DNA from: the human T2T-CHM13v2.0 reference genome, Homo sapiens
Reading direction: 5' to 3' (one strand)
Length of the DNA: 64,000 nucleotides
Assembly (NCBI RefSeq): GCF_009914755.1
Contig: NC_060941.1
In this document: positions 12,746 through 29,021 of the stretch, one piece after another
How the letters are laid out: each line of letters begins with the position of its first letter
How positions within the stretch are numbered: the stretch's first letter is position 1
Made by a program: the position numbers and the translations under genes
The notes under the pieces: generated by a model
The model's input: the letters and a program-made list of their open reading frames with translations, nothing else
Told to the model about the DNA's origin: nothing
Databases searched by the model: none

Positions 12746-13522
12746 AACATAACACCTGCTAAAGATTAAGCTTAAAAAGTTTTAGTCCCATTTCCTTAAG
12801 ACACTAAAGCAAGCAGCCATGGAGGGGACGTGTATAAGGATCCAAGGCAGCCCCCTTTGGCAGAGGGGTGGGAAGAGGTTTTTAAATACACAATGCTAAA
12901 ATGATGTCAGGGAAAAAGAAATAGCTTCTATCTAGAAGTCTAGGATCAAGGAGAGAGAGGAACACAGTCCTAAGGAGAGAAGCAGGAAAAGAAATCTTCA
13001 TCCAAGTTTAGGACACGTGAAGCCACCCTGGCATGTGGTCAGCCCAGAACTACAGCAAAGACGCCCTTTGTCCATCCAGGAGCTGTTTGACACAGAAGCA
13101 TTTCCAGGGGCGACAAGCCTGGCAACGGCTCTACTGTGAGTAGGAACCATGATTGGCTTTTGCTGCAGAGTCTAGTCCAGCAGGGCCCAGCCATAGTATT
13201 GATGGGAGCTTGTACAGCCAGGCCTCTGAGCCTTTGCACCACAAATTGGCTTCCAGGAGAGATGCTTCATGTCCTGGGTTCCCTGTGTACTCTAAGGGGA
13301 TCCCCAGGCACTAGGAGGATCAACCAAGGGAAGACACCTGCACCAGAACTTTAGGTATGGGCCGGCAGATCCTGTAGTGCCTCAAACTGGGAACTGAGGG
13401 CAGCATATATCCTTGTTATGAAAGCCCAAATTAAAATATTGAAGGTCCTCATTAGTCAAGAAAAATTGGGATTGGGGGGAAAGAAAGACCACAAAGTGAA
13501 TCCACTTAAAAAGACGGAAAGA

Positions 13523-13844
<322 letters not shown>

Positions 13845-13899
13845 TTATATTTAGAAAAAAAGACAAATTATGAAAGTTTATTTTAGCTTACATTTGACA

Positions 13900-14823
<924 letters not shown>

Positions 14824-14854
14824 TGATACTGTAGTAATATGAGAACCAAGGACC

Positions 14855-15200
14855 TCTGTATAAGATCAAGGGATGCTAACCACAAAATGTAAAGAGCTCA
14901 TAGAAAGCAATGAAGAAAAAATGGGCAGAAACAGAAACCTTTTCTGAAAAACAAGATAGAAAATGAAAGAGAGTAAGAACCACAGGGAAGAATATTTATT
15001 AATAGCTTCACTGTAAGCAAAGAAACATATAAGAAAGCAATATTTTTGCCATCAAATGAATGTTTTCTAAATTATAATTCTCAATGCTGCTAAGGTTATG
15101 AAGAACTAGGCCTTCTTTGTGCACCGCTGGTAGGGTGTAAATTGGTACAGGCTTTCCAGAAAGGAAATGCAAAATTATATCCAGCCTTAAAATCATTTCA
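14855..15200 (+). mobile_element. Old L1ME fragment
   Basis: gctggtagggtgtaaattggtacaggctttccagaaagg is typical of the L1M ORF2 end / 3' UTR. Confidence 0.6.
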
Positions 15201-15659
15201 ACTGCATCATAGTTTTTTATAAAGTCCCATGTTGTCTGGACATATCCTCACATCATTCTTAAAACGAACAAAGACTAAATCAAATGTTGATTTTGAGGGT
15301 GTAATTTTTCTTGGGGAAAGAAAATCATCTAGTGGCACAAAACAATATCCTTCACTTTGAGTGAAGTTAATTGCTTTTTCAGCTCTCTCTAAAGTTTGAT
15401 CTCCCACTCAGAGGCCACTTCACACAGGAAGGAAAGCCTCTCCCCTCTGGAGAGTGCCCAGAGGAAGGGGCGTGAAGCCCAGCAGAGTTGCATCCAGGCA
15501 CCCACGCCAAATAGCAAGCAGCTCCTGCCTCAGCCAAAGGGCTACTCGCACACCTGCCCCAGGCTCCCTCCCTCCTCAGCAAATGAAACAACAGAACATT
15601 ACAGGTTTGTGCCTGCACTCCCAGGTATTGAGAAGCTGGGGTGTCCATCAGGAGTCCAC

Positions 15660-15790
15660 CAACACACCCACAGTGAATATCTTGAGGTGATGGGGGTAGG
15701 AAGTTTTTTCACTTTCTTCTTCAAACTTTCTGTGGATTTGTAAGTTTCTACAATGAAAAAGCATCACATTTACAATCATAAAAGGATATA
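15660..15790 (+). mobile_element. L1ME4-like 3' terminus
   Basis: gtttctacaatgaaaaagcatcacatttacaatcataaa terminal motif. Confidence 0.5.
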
Positions 15791-15965
15791 TATTTTTTTA
15801 AGGAAACAGAGAGGAATAGCATTAACAAAGCACAGAAGTAGAAGTGAATGGAGGAATGTGGAGGAAATGCCAGGGCAATTCAGACTCTGGAAGCTTCAGT
15901 GGCAGTGAGTTGGGTGGAATCAGATGGCAGGATCCCACATTACCTGGATTGAAAGATCATGGCTC

Positions 15966-16273
<308 letters not shown>

Positions 16274-16329
16274 GCATGGATCCTTCCAAGTGGTGAGGAG
16301 CCAGGCAGCCCCAGAAGAAGGCCATGCCA

Positions 16330-16525
16330 TGGAAGGCACAGTATGGAAATGGAGGGGAAATATACTGTTCTTTGGAGAAACCACTGTGCTGCTGAATCAA
16401 CTCCCACCTGAAGTGTACCTTATCTCTGGACTTGCACATGCACCAATTAATCCCTTTAATTTTTTTAAGACACTTTGAGTCAAGTTTTCTGTATGTGGTA
16501 ACACAAAGCATGCCAACTGGTAGAA
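16330..16525 (+). mobile_element. MLT1K/L-like LTR 3' part
   Basis: cctgaag...ctggactt...ccaattaatcccttt...tttgagtcaagttttctgt terminal region. Confidence 0.55.
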
Positions 16526-17020
16526 TGTGAAAAGGAGTATGGCTTGGAGAATGTTACCACTGGCTGTCCCAGTTAAAATAGGGAGGGTCCCTTAAAATGA
16601 GCTGAGCCAGAATCTTCCTACTGATGGATGGGATGGTTGTCCTCTCTCTCACTGGCAAAAGGACAAACATTTTCTGGGTATAATAAGGGTTTGGGTATAA
16701 TAAGATGCACCTCAGGTTTGAATTCCATAAATCCCTCCTGCAGACATAAGAGCAGTTTGTCCAGCCTCAGGGTTAAATTGCCTATGAGGGTCAGGTCTGC
16801 AAGGAAGTGTACAATGGGCAACGGGAGGCTGGCTGCAGGGATACGGCTCACACTTAGGTGTATAGGGATGCAGTGGGTATTGTTATAATACAGGTTCTTG
16901 TTCAGTAAGTTTGGGGTGGTGCCTAAGACTGCATTTCTAATAAACACCCAGGCCATGCCAAGATGGCCAGGAGCTACAGTAAGATAAAAATAAATAAATA
17001 AATAAATAAAAACACATCTC

Positions 17021-17362
<342 letters not shown>

Positions 17363-17389
17363 TCATCCAAGCATCACATTAAATAACTC

Positions 17390-17608
17390 AGCCTCTGGGG
17401 GTGGATGTTCCTTCCCCGTCCTCTTCCCAGCTGTGTGACCTTAGCAAATTACTTATCCTCTAAACTTTGGGTCCCTCACATATAAAAGTAGGGTAATGAC
17501 AGTGCCCACCTGCTAGGGTTGTTATAAGAGGATAAAACACATAAAGGACTTAGCATGGTGCCTGGCACGTAGTACATACTCAATAAATGGTAGCCGTTGT
17601 TCTTATTA
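17390..17608 (+). mobile_element. MIR
   Basis: agctgtgtgaccttagcaaattactt...gtgcctggcacgtagta...ctcaataaatggtagc. Confidence 0.85.
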
Positions 17609-17984
17609 TAGCCGGGCAAAAAGTCTGTGCGATCTACGCTTTGAGGAATGTTACAAGTAAATGCCACTTTGTTAGCCCAGAATGAATGAAATTCAATTAA
17701 AATCTCTATTGGAACTTCTCAAAGAACATCAAAGGTGATTCTGTTCATCACCTGCAGCCAACTCCTGAAACTTGTCTCTCATTTCCACACTCCTCATTTC
17801 TCCCACCGCCTCCCTCTGGTTTAACATTTATGTGGTGCATGCACTTAGTTCCCCTGACTCCCTTGTTTGGCTTTTGTTTTGCTTTGTCGGGGTGTGGAGG
17901 GGTGCTTGGCTTTATTTTGTGTCTGCCTCCTCCCCTGATTCTTTACAACCAGGAGGACCCAGGAGCCCACCCAGGGTGGAGGTT

Positions 17985-18490
17985 GGTTCTCCTCTGCTTG
18001 AACTTGGAAGAACCCAACTCAAGCTGACACAATCAAAAAAGGGAATTTTTAGGCCAACATAACTTGAACCTCCAAGGATCAGTGGGACTGGTGTTGAGTG
18101 GCTCAGGACCCAGCTCCTCTTCCTCTCCTGGCTCTGCCTTTCTGAACTGGTATCATATTCTGCTTCTATAAGAATCCCCAGCTCACAAACCCCAGCCCCC
18201 AATACAGACGAAGAGAGTGTGCGGGCCCTGGAGCTCAATTCAAAAGGCCCAGAATGAAGGCTTGTTGGCTCTACTTGGTCCAACTCAGGTCATGTGTCCA
18301 TCCCTGAGCCAATCCCAGAGGCCAGAGGGTGGAAGCCACTTACTGGTTCAGCCTAGGCCATGTGCTCCACCCCAGCCTGGGCTGGAACCAGCTACAGCAG
18401 AACCACAGGCCTATGAAAACTGGGACCTTGCATATGAAAACCAGAATGCTGTCAGAGAGGAGAACGGACACTGGACAGTTAAAAACCACA
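17985..18490 (-). mobile_element. MLT1K-like LTR
   Basis: aacccaactcaagctg...ggtcatgtgtccatccctgagccaatc...ggccagagg. Confidence 0.65.
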
Positions 18491-18618
18491 CACATGTGTA
18501 ATCCACTATGCGAGAAGTCTCTCGTCCTTGGAAGGCTAGGGGAGGAGACGTAGACAAAGCTCTGCAGGCTGCAGAGTCTCAGGTCCCTGGGCTGAGACGT
18601 CCTGGCTGTGCTCGGTAG

Positions 18619-18999
<381 letters not shown>

Positions 19000-19822
19000 C
19001 ACTGCAGGCCTTTAACGTGTCACTCCTGACTCAGCTCCCCATGCCATCCAACCAAATTCCTCTGCCTGACATGTAAAGTTCTTCATGACCTCGCTCCATG
19101 CACCCTTCTGCTCCCTTGGGGTAGCATCCTTTCTCCCTGCCACCCCGCAGGCTCGCCCTCATCCCTGTGCCTCTGTTCCACAGCCCCCAATCCTAGAAGA
19201 CTCTTCTTCCCTCCGCTTATCCAAATCCTGGTGGAAATGACTGGTGGAAATCCTGGTGGAAATCGCGGGCAAGCTGGTTCTCCTCCCGACTCTCCCAGGA
19301 GTCATGCAGGCTTCCATGCTGCAATCCTCCAACCTCATGGGTCAGAGGGTTCCTTGCCAGTTGGTGGGATGCTGCTGCCTGCCTATGTCAAAAGGAGAGG
19401 TTGAGAGAATGGAGACGAAGCATGTGAAAGCTTCGGAGAGATGCCTCGCCAATGAGAGGAGGCCACTGTATGCTGAAGGGCTGAGCCCAAGTCCTGCCCA
19501 CCCCCAGCAGGTTTCTCTGATTCCTCAGTGTCCCTGGCCCTGCGTGCCTCTGGGCCTGGTGGTCTCCAGCTGTAACAAGACCGAAAGCACAACAGAGCGG
19601 GAAGGGCTGACAGCCAACCAGGATAACAGAAAGACTCTTTTAAACTGAAGGCATTTGAGATGTGGCAGATGCACAAAGGGACCTTTTCTGAGCTTCCCTT
19701 ATCTGACAAAAACAGAGATTCCCGAGAAGTCAGCTGCCATCGCCCCCACTTGGGGAGTCTCCAGACACGAAGGCAACTGACCTTTAACACTGTGACATTC
19801 CAGGAATACTGTGTAAACGAGC

Positions 19823-20194
19823 TGTCCCCATCAGCTCAGGCTGCCGGAACAAAATGCCATAGACCAGGTGGCTTAAATGACAGACGTTTATTTCTCCCAG
19901 TTCTGGAGGCTGGAAGTCTGTGAGCAGGGCATCGGCAGGGTCAGGTTCTGGTGAGGGCTCACTTCCTGGATTACAGGCAGCCGCCTTCTTACTATGTCCT
20001 CACATGGCAGAGAGGGAGAGACAACAGGCTCTCTGGTGTCTCTTACAAGGGTTCTAATCCCCTCTGAGGGCCCCGCCTCCATGACTTCATCTTGCCCTAA
20101 TGACCCCTCAATTGCCCTTTATCTAATCATCACACTGGGGGTTGGGGCTCCAATGCATGAATCTGATAGGGAAACAAACATTACATCCATGACA
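19823..20194 (-). mobile_element. MLT1A/A0 solo LTR
   Basis: ggctgcc..aacaaaatgccatagac...cagttctggaggctggaagtc...gtcctcacatggcagaga...aaacattacatccatgaca. Confidence 0.88.
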
Positions 20195-20197
20195 TAA

Positions 20198-20523
<326 letters not shown>

Positions 20524-20539
20524 TGTCCAAGCCTTTTAT

Positions 20540-20762
20540 ACTTTCCCACTGAAGCCCTAACCCTGCCCTCCAGCCACCCCATCCCTCCCACCCATAAAGC
20601 TGGTATATAAATCCTTAGCCCTGGCTGTTCAGAGAGCTCCTCCTTACAGAGTACTCCCGCATGCATGTGACATAAACCTGCCTTTTCTCCTGTTAACCTG
20701 TTTATTCACAGTCCCCCACTACACGACCCTAAGTTGGTAGAGGAAAAGTTCTCCTCCCACCA
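20540..20762 (+). mobile_element. ERV1 MER4-group (MER34/39-like) LTR 3' part
   Basis: TATATAAAT box at 20604; cttttctcctgttaacctg...cctaagttggtagaggaaaagtt terminal region. Confidence 0.65.
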
Positions 20763-21046
20763 GAGCCAGGCACCATATGACTGTGAGCATGGAGTTCTCG
20801 TTTCCTTAATAAGGTTCCGGAGAGGACAGAGAATGTCTTCAGCCCTCTCTGTGCCCACAGACAGCAGCCTCATCTTCAGATCTCCCTTTCCTCCGAACGT
20901 GCAAGATCATGACCTGCTTCCCCGTCACTGGCTCCTCTGATGGGACCTGTGTTTTCTTTTGCCTAAGTCTTGTCCCCCAGCCAGACTAGACTTATTGCCA
21001 GACTGGCCCATTCTTTTCATGCACCTGACACTCTAACAGAGGCTGG

Positions 21047-22059
<1,013 letters not shown>

Positions 22060-22631
22060 CTGGATACACACACACACATGCACACACAAATACAGACAAG
22101 AAAGCCTCGTTTTTAGAGCTTCCTGTAGTTGCTGTTGTGTGTTTTTAATCTACAGACACAAATCTGAATCTCTCAATGAGGGCAGACTGAACCCTTGTTT
22201 AGGGGATTACCCTCTTCACGGGCCTCTTGGTTTTGCAAAGCTGGCACCCACTTCCAGCATTAAAATGAAGATACTAAGAAGCCAGCAAGTTTGATATGGA
22301 GAACAGATGCTCTGCATAGCAATGAAAACTTCCTCTGAAATTATAGCTGCTTTAAAATATAAAAGTTTCCTCTCCCCAGGGCACTTCAGAGGATTGGAGG
22401 CCTGGACTCTAGGAGGGAGACCTGGCTCAGACACTCCTGGAGCAGGGAGCATAAGGTTGAATCAAAGCCAAAGTTAGGGCTGAGATGAGGGAGGAAGGAG
22501 GGAACCCCATGGATTCCAGGAGTAGGCAGGCCACCTGTGTTTTCTTTTCTGAACTATAATTCCCTCTGCCTGCCCAGGCCTTTGGGAAGTCTATGGGTAG
22601 TCCAGCCTGTGGGGAGCTAAAGGGAGGCACC

Positions 22632-22840
22632 CAGTGGTGTCCTGCCAAATATTTAACAACTCGCTCTCTGGGAGTTGGAAAGTGGGAGAGGAAGATTTCT
22701 GGTTTGCAGCATTTGCCAATTTCCGTGGTGTCAATACAATCACCATAGCCAATTTGAAGCTACCGAGCTTGAGAAATTCCTGAAATTCAACAATCAGCAC
22801 TGGTGTACTGGTATCAGCCAGCTCCAGCAACGCGCCAGTG
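22632..22840. mobile_element. MER63-like hAT-Blackjack MITE
   Basis: cagtggtgtcctg..aaatatttaacaac...gcatttgccaatttccgtggtgt...agccagctccagca. Confidence 0.8.
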
Positions 22841-22929
22841 CGCCTGTTACACTTAGGGCAAAACCACATGGAGCAGCAGTGGACAGAAGCCTGGGGAAGC
22901 TGGTTACAAGTGGCCAAAGGAGCAGAGCA

Positions 22930-23229
22930 GGCTGGGCGCGGTGGCTCAAGCCCGTAATCCCAGCACTTTGGGAGGCCGAGGTGGGCGGATCACGAGGTCA
23001 GGAGATCGAGACCATCCTGGCTAACAAGGTGAGACCCTGTCTCTACTAAAAATACAAAAAATTAGCCAGGCGTGGTGGCACATGCCCCAGCTACTCAGGA
23101 GGCTGAGGCAGGAGAACCGCTTGAACTCAGGAGGCGGAGGTTGCAGTGAAGCCGAGATTGCGCCACTGCACTCCAGCCTGGGTGACAGAGAGAGACTGTC
23201 TGAGAGAGGAAAAAAAAAAAAAAAAAAAA
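22930..23229 (+). mobile_element. Alu (AluSc8/Y-like)
   Basis: GAGATCGAGACCATCCTGGCTAAC; perfect 14-bp TSD AAAGGAGCAGAGCA at 22916-22929 and 23230-23243. Confidence 0.97.
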
Positions 23230-24865
23230 AAAGGAGCAGAGCAGCAGGCAAGCTCTGATAACTGGCTGGGACGGCCTGATCTGGGAATGTAGAAGTATTC
23301 CTCAGGGGTTCCCAACAATCTCTGCACTAAGGAATCTGTAACAGATTGGGTTTCCTGTGCTCAAGTGGAGGCTGGGACTCTAGTGTTACTTGGGAAGCAC
23401 AGGCATTAAGTCCTAGATCCTGCGTGGCTGACATCAGCCTGTTAGAGAGTGCCTTGCGAGACCCCGACCCTTGGGTTTCTCCAGTCCGTCCGTGTTCACT
23501 GGCTCCTGAATCATGGGAGGTTTGGCGGAAGGCACCTGAGAATATGCGTCTGTGGGCAGGCGGAGCAGTGTACGGGTTTCTCGTGCAGGATGGGCACCCT
23601 CTGGGTAGCTCAGTGTGACTGTTAGAGAGGGTGCCTCAGGGTGGGGCTCCTCCACGTCTGTATACGTGTCAACACAGACAGCTAAATGCAAACACCTTTA
23701 ACCAAGGCCAGAAATTGCCACCACTTTGGTTACTTCCCTTGACCACATCCACTAGCTGGGCAAGATGGAGATGATGAACCAAGAAGTTAAGAGGCCTCGA
23801 AATGAAAAGCCATTCATTTAATGAAGTCATTTCCTCCCCGCCCTCCAGGGCCATGCCATGAATAAATTTGCAATCAACATCTCAAGGGTGCAAGAAATGG
23901 TGCATGACTTTATTTTCTTTAAGTCAAATTCAATCTGACTGCAAGCCGCATCCCATGGGGATGGCAAGAAACAATCCCGTTCAATGTTGGGGCTCCCTCC
24001 CCAGGGTCATATTGAAGGAGAGAGACATCCCTGCAAAGTAAAACTCCTGGGGAGTCTGTCTGTGGTCTACACTGGTCCTAGATGTCCAGCAGCTCTTCAA
24101 CATCTGTGCTAGGTTAAGGCTTAGACTGTGTTGAGGGGGAACCCTGGTACCTGCCCTCCACCCCACTTTCCACAACCCCTACCCACTTTCCACAACCCCT
24201 GGGCATCTCAGGGGAGCCAGCTGCAGAACTCAGGGGTGGGGGCCATCCCCTTCCTATTCTGGGAGAATCTCTTCTTTCTCCACTTTTATCTCTGTCCCTG
24301 CAAAGCCTCAGCCCTCTCTCTTCCCAATCTCAGCCACCCAGCACCACGTCCTCCGTGAGCCGATCCTTTCACAGGAGTCAGGAGGAGTGAGTTGGACTTT
24401 ACAGCTTCTACCTCAGCCCTGCAAGTTCCCTAAGACAAACAGGCAGAACGACTCCCTGGGATAGGGGAGTGGAAAATACAAAGAACCAAACCCAGACAGT
24501 GTGAGCCTTCCACTCCAGTAAAAACAACACGCCAATTAACATCAGTGTTAGCCTGTCCTGTGTGATCAGGAGAAGAAAGGGAGAAGGTTGTAGGGAAGAG
24601 AGATGGAGCCCCATCCTCAGAACTGTGGGGGTGGAAAGCAGCTGGTGTGGTGACCACAGGTGTGGCCTGCCCATGCCGGTGATGGCTCAGCAATGTCATC
24701 AGGGTTGGATAGCAGCACACAAAGGGCCAGAGGCCGCGCAGGGAAGGGGAAGGCTGGAGTCATACCTTCTCATACAACATTTGCAGACTCAGCTTTTTTG
24801 AGGTTGATTCCCTCCTCAGCATACCAAGCCCCATCCCAGGGTCCATGGTCTAAACTGTAAGACTC

Positions 24866-25152
<287 letters not shown>

Positions 25153-25771
25153 AAACAGTGAGACTCGCCTGCAGACGTGACTGTTTTTCCTTTCCCCCTC
25201 CTGCCTCCATCATCCCGCTGGTCCGCTCCCACCTTCCTCTCCTGGCCCATCCCATGCCCTCCCCAGCTCCTGTTATGCTCATCTCTAATGCACTGTTAAA
25301 CACTAAGACAAATCCACTGGTAAAGCCAGAGACAACTGGGTGGCTGTGGCTGCCACCTCCCTGGTGAGGCCAGTGTTACCATATGAGTCTGACAACATTC
25401 GGACCCCCCCCTTCTGAAAACGTTCATAGTCCCTGCTCAAGGCAGGGTGACTGCCAAGACCCACAGCATACTCCACCTTTCATCCTCCCAGCACCCCCAG
25501 TAGCAGAGACAGGGGAACGGGATGGAATATCTGGCTTCATCTTAAACCCCAAGTCCATTACTCGGCAAGCCTCGATACTCTTTCTCTGTTAGAGAAATTC
25601 ATGGCACTCTAGACCTGCCTAGAGAGTTCCCCAAGGCCCCCATCTCTGCCCAGAAGACTCCAGCCTCAAACACAGAAAAATAATAGACCTTCCCTAGACA
25701 CCGTGTCCCAGGTCCAGGTGTGCCCCAGTCAGCTTGCGGAGACTTTGGGGCTGAGCCTCAGGCTGGGCAAC

Positions 25772-25972
25772 GATGATGATAACCACTGAACTAACCGTGT
25801 CTGCCCTGTGCCCAGTGACTCTTCACAGCTGCCCTGTGCCTGGTCACTCTTCACAGCTGCTCTAAGACTGGGAGCATCCGCATCTCCCACTGAGGAAAGG
25901 AAGCCCAGAGAAATCACCTCTCCAAATGCACACAGTTCATGAGCCTTAGACAAAACCTCAGGCATCCAATGC
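25772..25972 (-). mobile_element. MIR (degenerate)
   Basis: tgaggaaaggaagcccagaga...ccaaatgcacacag core. Confidence 0.5.
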
Positions 25973-26302
25973 CCTTTTATATTGCAACTTTGTTACAGGC
26001 CAGGAGGAGGGAAATGTATCACCCACACACCCACGGGTAATTAGCTTGGATTCATTTACCAGATTAGACACCTCAGACAAGAGGGAGCAGATAGAGCCCT
26101 GAACAAATAACTTTTCAGAGCAGGAAAGCCATTGAAGAAGACTAAATGGTGGGGGAGCAGGCTAGGAAGCACCCCCCTCCCCGCCGCCCACCGCCGGCAT
26201 AGTGAGGGCCCAGGTGCAGTGCAGTATACAACCTGCACAGCTGTGTGCAGAACCCGGGAGAGTCGGTGCGGGTGTGATAGGCTTTGCTTCTGTCCACTGG
26301 GG

Positions 26303-26463
26303 CAGCGCTTCTCACACTCGAATGTGCTGCCGGGGCCTGGGGGATGCTGTTAAAATGCAGATTCTGATTCAGCAGATCTGGGCTGGAGATTGAGCATCTG
26401 CATTTCTAATAAGCAGCCAGATGATATGGATGCTGGTTGATGGCCACACAATGAGCAGCAAGG
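26303..26463 (+). mobile_element. MER5B-like MITE
   Basis: gttaaaatgcagattctgattcagcagatctggg...ctgcatttctaataagc. Confidence 0.8.
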
Positions 26464-27659
26464 TTTGGAGGCAGCTCCAATCTTCATAGGGTTAACCTGC
26501 CACATGGAGCAGACAGGGTATCTCTGCCTCCTCAGAGTCCCCTCCTGGGCCATCAGCAGGGGCTACAGGTGCACGGCCTCTGATGGGGATTTAAATCCCC
26601 TTACTGGGATGCTGTGTGTGATTGGACCTCGTCACATTTGCCACTGCAATTGCTGGCGCCAGAGCAGCTTAGGGAACCAGAGGGACTGAGGAAAGTAATA
26701 TCCTCACAGCCCGGGGGGTGTAAATAATGAAAGTCAGATCCATAAGTAATTACTTTTTAATTAATTAGGAATGATGCATAGCGAAGGCCCAGCGACTGTC
26801 GGGTGGAGTGGGTGTTAACTTTAATAGCCTTGTTCCTTTCCCTGCCCAAACTGATTTGCTGGGAAAGGAGACAGAGGGAAAGGATCACCCTGGGTTTGGG
26901 AGACCGAGGAGAGCAAGGCAGGAACAGAGGGACAGTCCCCTCCCAGGGCTGAGCCCCAGGAACCTTGGCCAAGGTCAGGGAATTCTCCCCACCCCGTTGA
27001 AATATCTTGTCCCTGGAGAAAGACACGGGCCATGCTTCTCACTTCCAAATTCTTTACAGACTTACCTAATTAATCTTCATGCACCTCCTGGAGGGAGAGC
27101 CAAGTGCTCCTTCCTCTTCACTCAGCAGAAGCAGAGCTGCTGGCCAGGGAGGGCCTGCTCCAAGCCACAGGTCGGGTGGGTGCACAGTGGGTGGAGGATA
27201 CCCTTCCCAAAGGCACACCTGGGAGGATGGGAGAAGGAGTCAGGCCAGGTGACCTCAGGAGGGCCGAGGGTCCGTGCGGTATTCCTCTCACCCAGTGTCC
27301 TAAGCTTAGTAAACCCAGACCCTGCCCCCTGCCCACCACTAACTCACGAATAAAGCCTGAAAGCAGGGCCATTTGGGAGCATCCCCCCACCCACCACATC
27401 TGGAAGAAATTACATCATTCAAAGGTGTTAAAGGCACCGAGCATTCCAGCCTCTCCATTTGTAGAGGAGGCAATATTGGATCTCAAAATATGAACACCAT
27501 TAGGCATCTACAAGGGGTCCCGGTTCCTCTCCTCCCCTCCCCCAGCCTCTAACAACACTGTGGACCACCCCCGACTTCCCTCCAGTTCAACCAGGGAGGC
27601 CGGCAGGGTAGGTGGGAAAGGGACAGGGTAAAGATTTCCCTATGCTTTTGAAGAAAAGC

Positions 27660-28311
27660 TGGGTAAACTAGGGTAAGGCCAGTGAAGCATTTGCCTCCAA
27701 ATTTAAGGGGGCGCCCCCCTAAAACTCAGCATATTTGCCAGGTTTGTCTCCCCGGCAGATGCACTTGCCAGGGTCCTCAATTTTAGACTCCCAGGGAATC
27801 CCTGCTAAAGCAACACCTTCCCAGAGGCCCAGGTGAGAACTAAGTTTTAAGCAGCTTTGAGGAAGGAGAGTAAGCCAGATGGGGAGAGAGAGGAAGTCAG
27901 GGAAAGGAAAGGAAGCGAAGAGGGCTAATGCTCGCTTAGTACCTGCCCTGCCAGGCCAGGTTCTTTGCACACCCCCAAGGAAGACATATTTGCCCCCATT
28001 TACAGGGTCAACTCAGTTTCCCCACCTGTGCAGAATGGGCCTGAGAAAAAAAAATCCATGATAAACAAAATGTCCAAATGTTAAATAAAGACCAGACCCA
28101 GCCCTGCCCTCGGCCTCCCGCCTCTCACTCTAGTCCTAGCCCTATGGTACCCTGTCTTTATTTTAAAATTTGCATATTTTTTTCGTTGTGGATTGAGGAG
28201 CTTTGAATTTTGATTTTAATATTGTATATCTTGATTACCTAGTTTTTAAAAAATCCCCCTCCCAAATCTAGTGCCCAAGGGGAATGCCTTACTCACCCAA
28301 CCCTTGGTCCT
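27660..28311. mobile_element. MER96B-like hAT-Tip100 MITE carrying a captured 316-bp genomic insert (27731-28046)
   Basis: Left arm actagggtaaggccagtgaagcatttgcctc..aaatttaagggggcgcc..aaaactcag; resumes aaaatccatgataaacaaaat; the right arm is its inverted counterpart. Confidence 0.8.
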
Positions 28312-28324
28312 GTTTGGAAGCCAT

Positions 28325-28522
28325 ACAGGGTAGTGAAAAATGAACATTAAGAATCAGACACAAAACCAAGTCCAGCTTTGCCATGACACCTAGCCAAGCC
28401 TCAATTCCTCCTCCATAAAAATGGGCTACTAGTGCCACTGCAGGCTGATGGTGAGACGGTTAACAAATGCTGACCTTGGCACGGAGCCTGGCATAGAGCA
28501 GAGGCTCAGTAACATGGCAGCT
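28325..28522 (+). mobile_element. MIR
   Basis: gcctcaattcctcctccataaaaatggg...gagcctggcatagagcagaggctcagtaa. Confidence 0.7.
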
Positions 28523-29021
28523 CCCTCCTCTGCCCAGTCCTTCCACACCCCAGACCCCCACTGCAAAGGCAACTATCAGTCAGGGACCCACAGAGCCCAC
28601 CCAAGCTGGGTGGGGACCACCAGCTTCTCAAAAATCCTTCCCGGGTCTGTCTTTGGCAAAGGGAGAAATGAACTGCAGATTCAGGGTGAGAAGGGAAAAC
28701 TGATAATTGCAGCTGTGTCAAACCAATTTGTTTGTGTTAACTGCCGCCAATTAAACTTCTTTTCTTTCTTTTTTTAAGTTTTAAGTTACCCCAGGTCAGG
28801 CTATCTTAGGGAAGTGGATTTCTGGCCAGACGGTAAGAAATGCTTTTATCTACTCTCACCTGAGGTGGAAGGAGAAAAATAAATTTCAGAGACACTCAGG
28901 AGCAATGAAAAGATAGAAAAGAGCTGGGGAGGATATGTCAGAGAGAAATGAGTGACTAGGACAGCATGACAAGCCCAGTCCCCATGAGCAGAGGGGAAGA
29001 GAGACCCAGGCCACCTTCGGC

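Noticed and set aside
22930-22960. GGCTCAAGCC start suggesting a macaque-type AluYR
   Set aside because: The other AluYR diagnostics are absent; more likely a single substitution, so it says nothing about species.
28779-28832. Possible plus-strand exon (T-rich acceptor, ACG|GTAAGA donor); also isolated sites at 6593, 37889 and 55835
   Set aside because: The partner sites are weak or ambiguous; isolated splice-like motifs are common.
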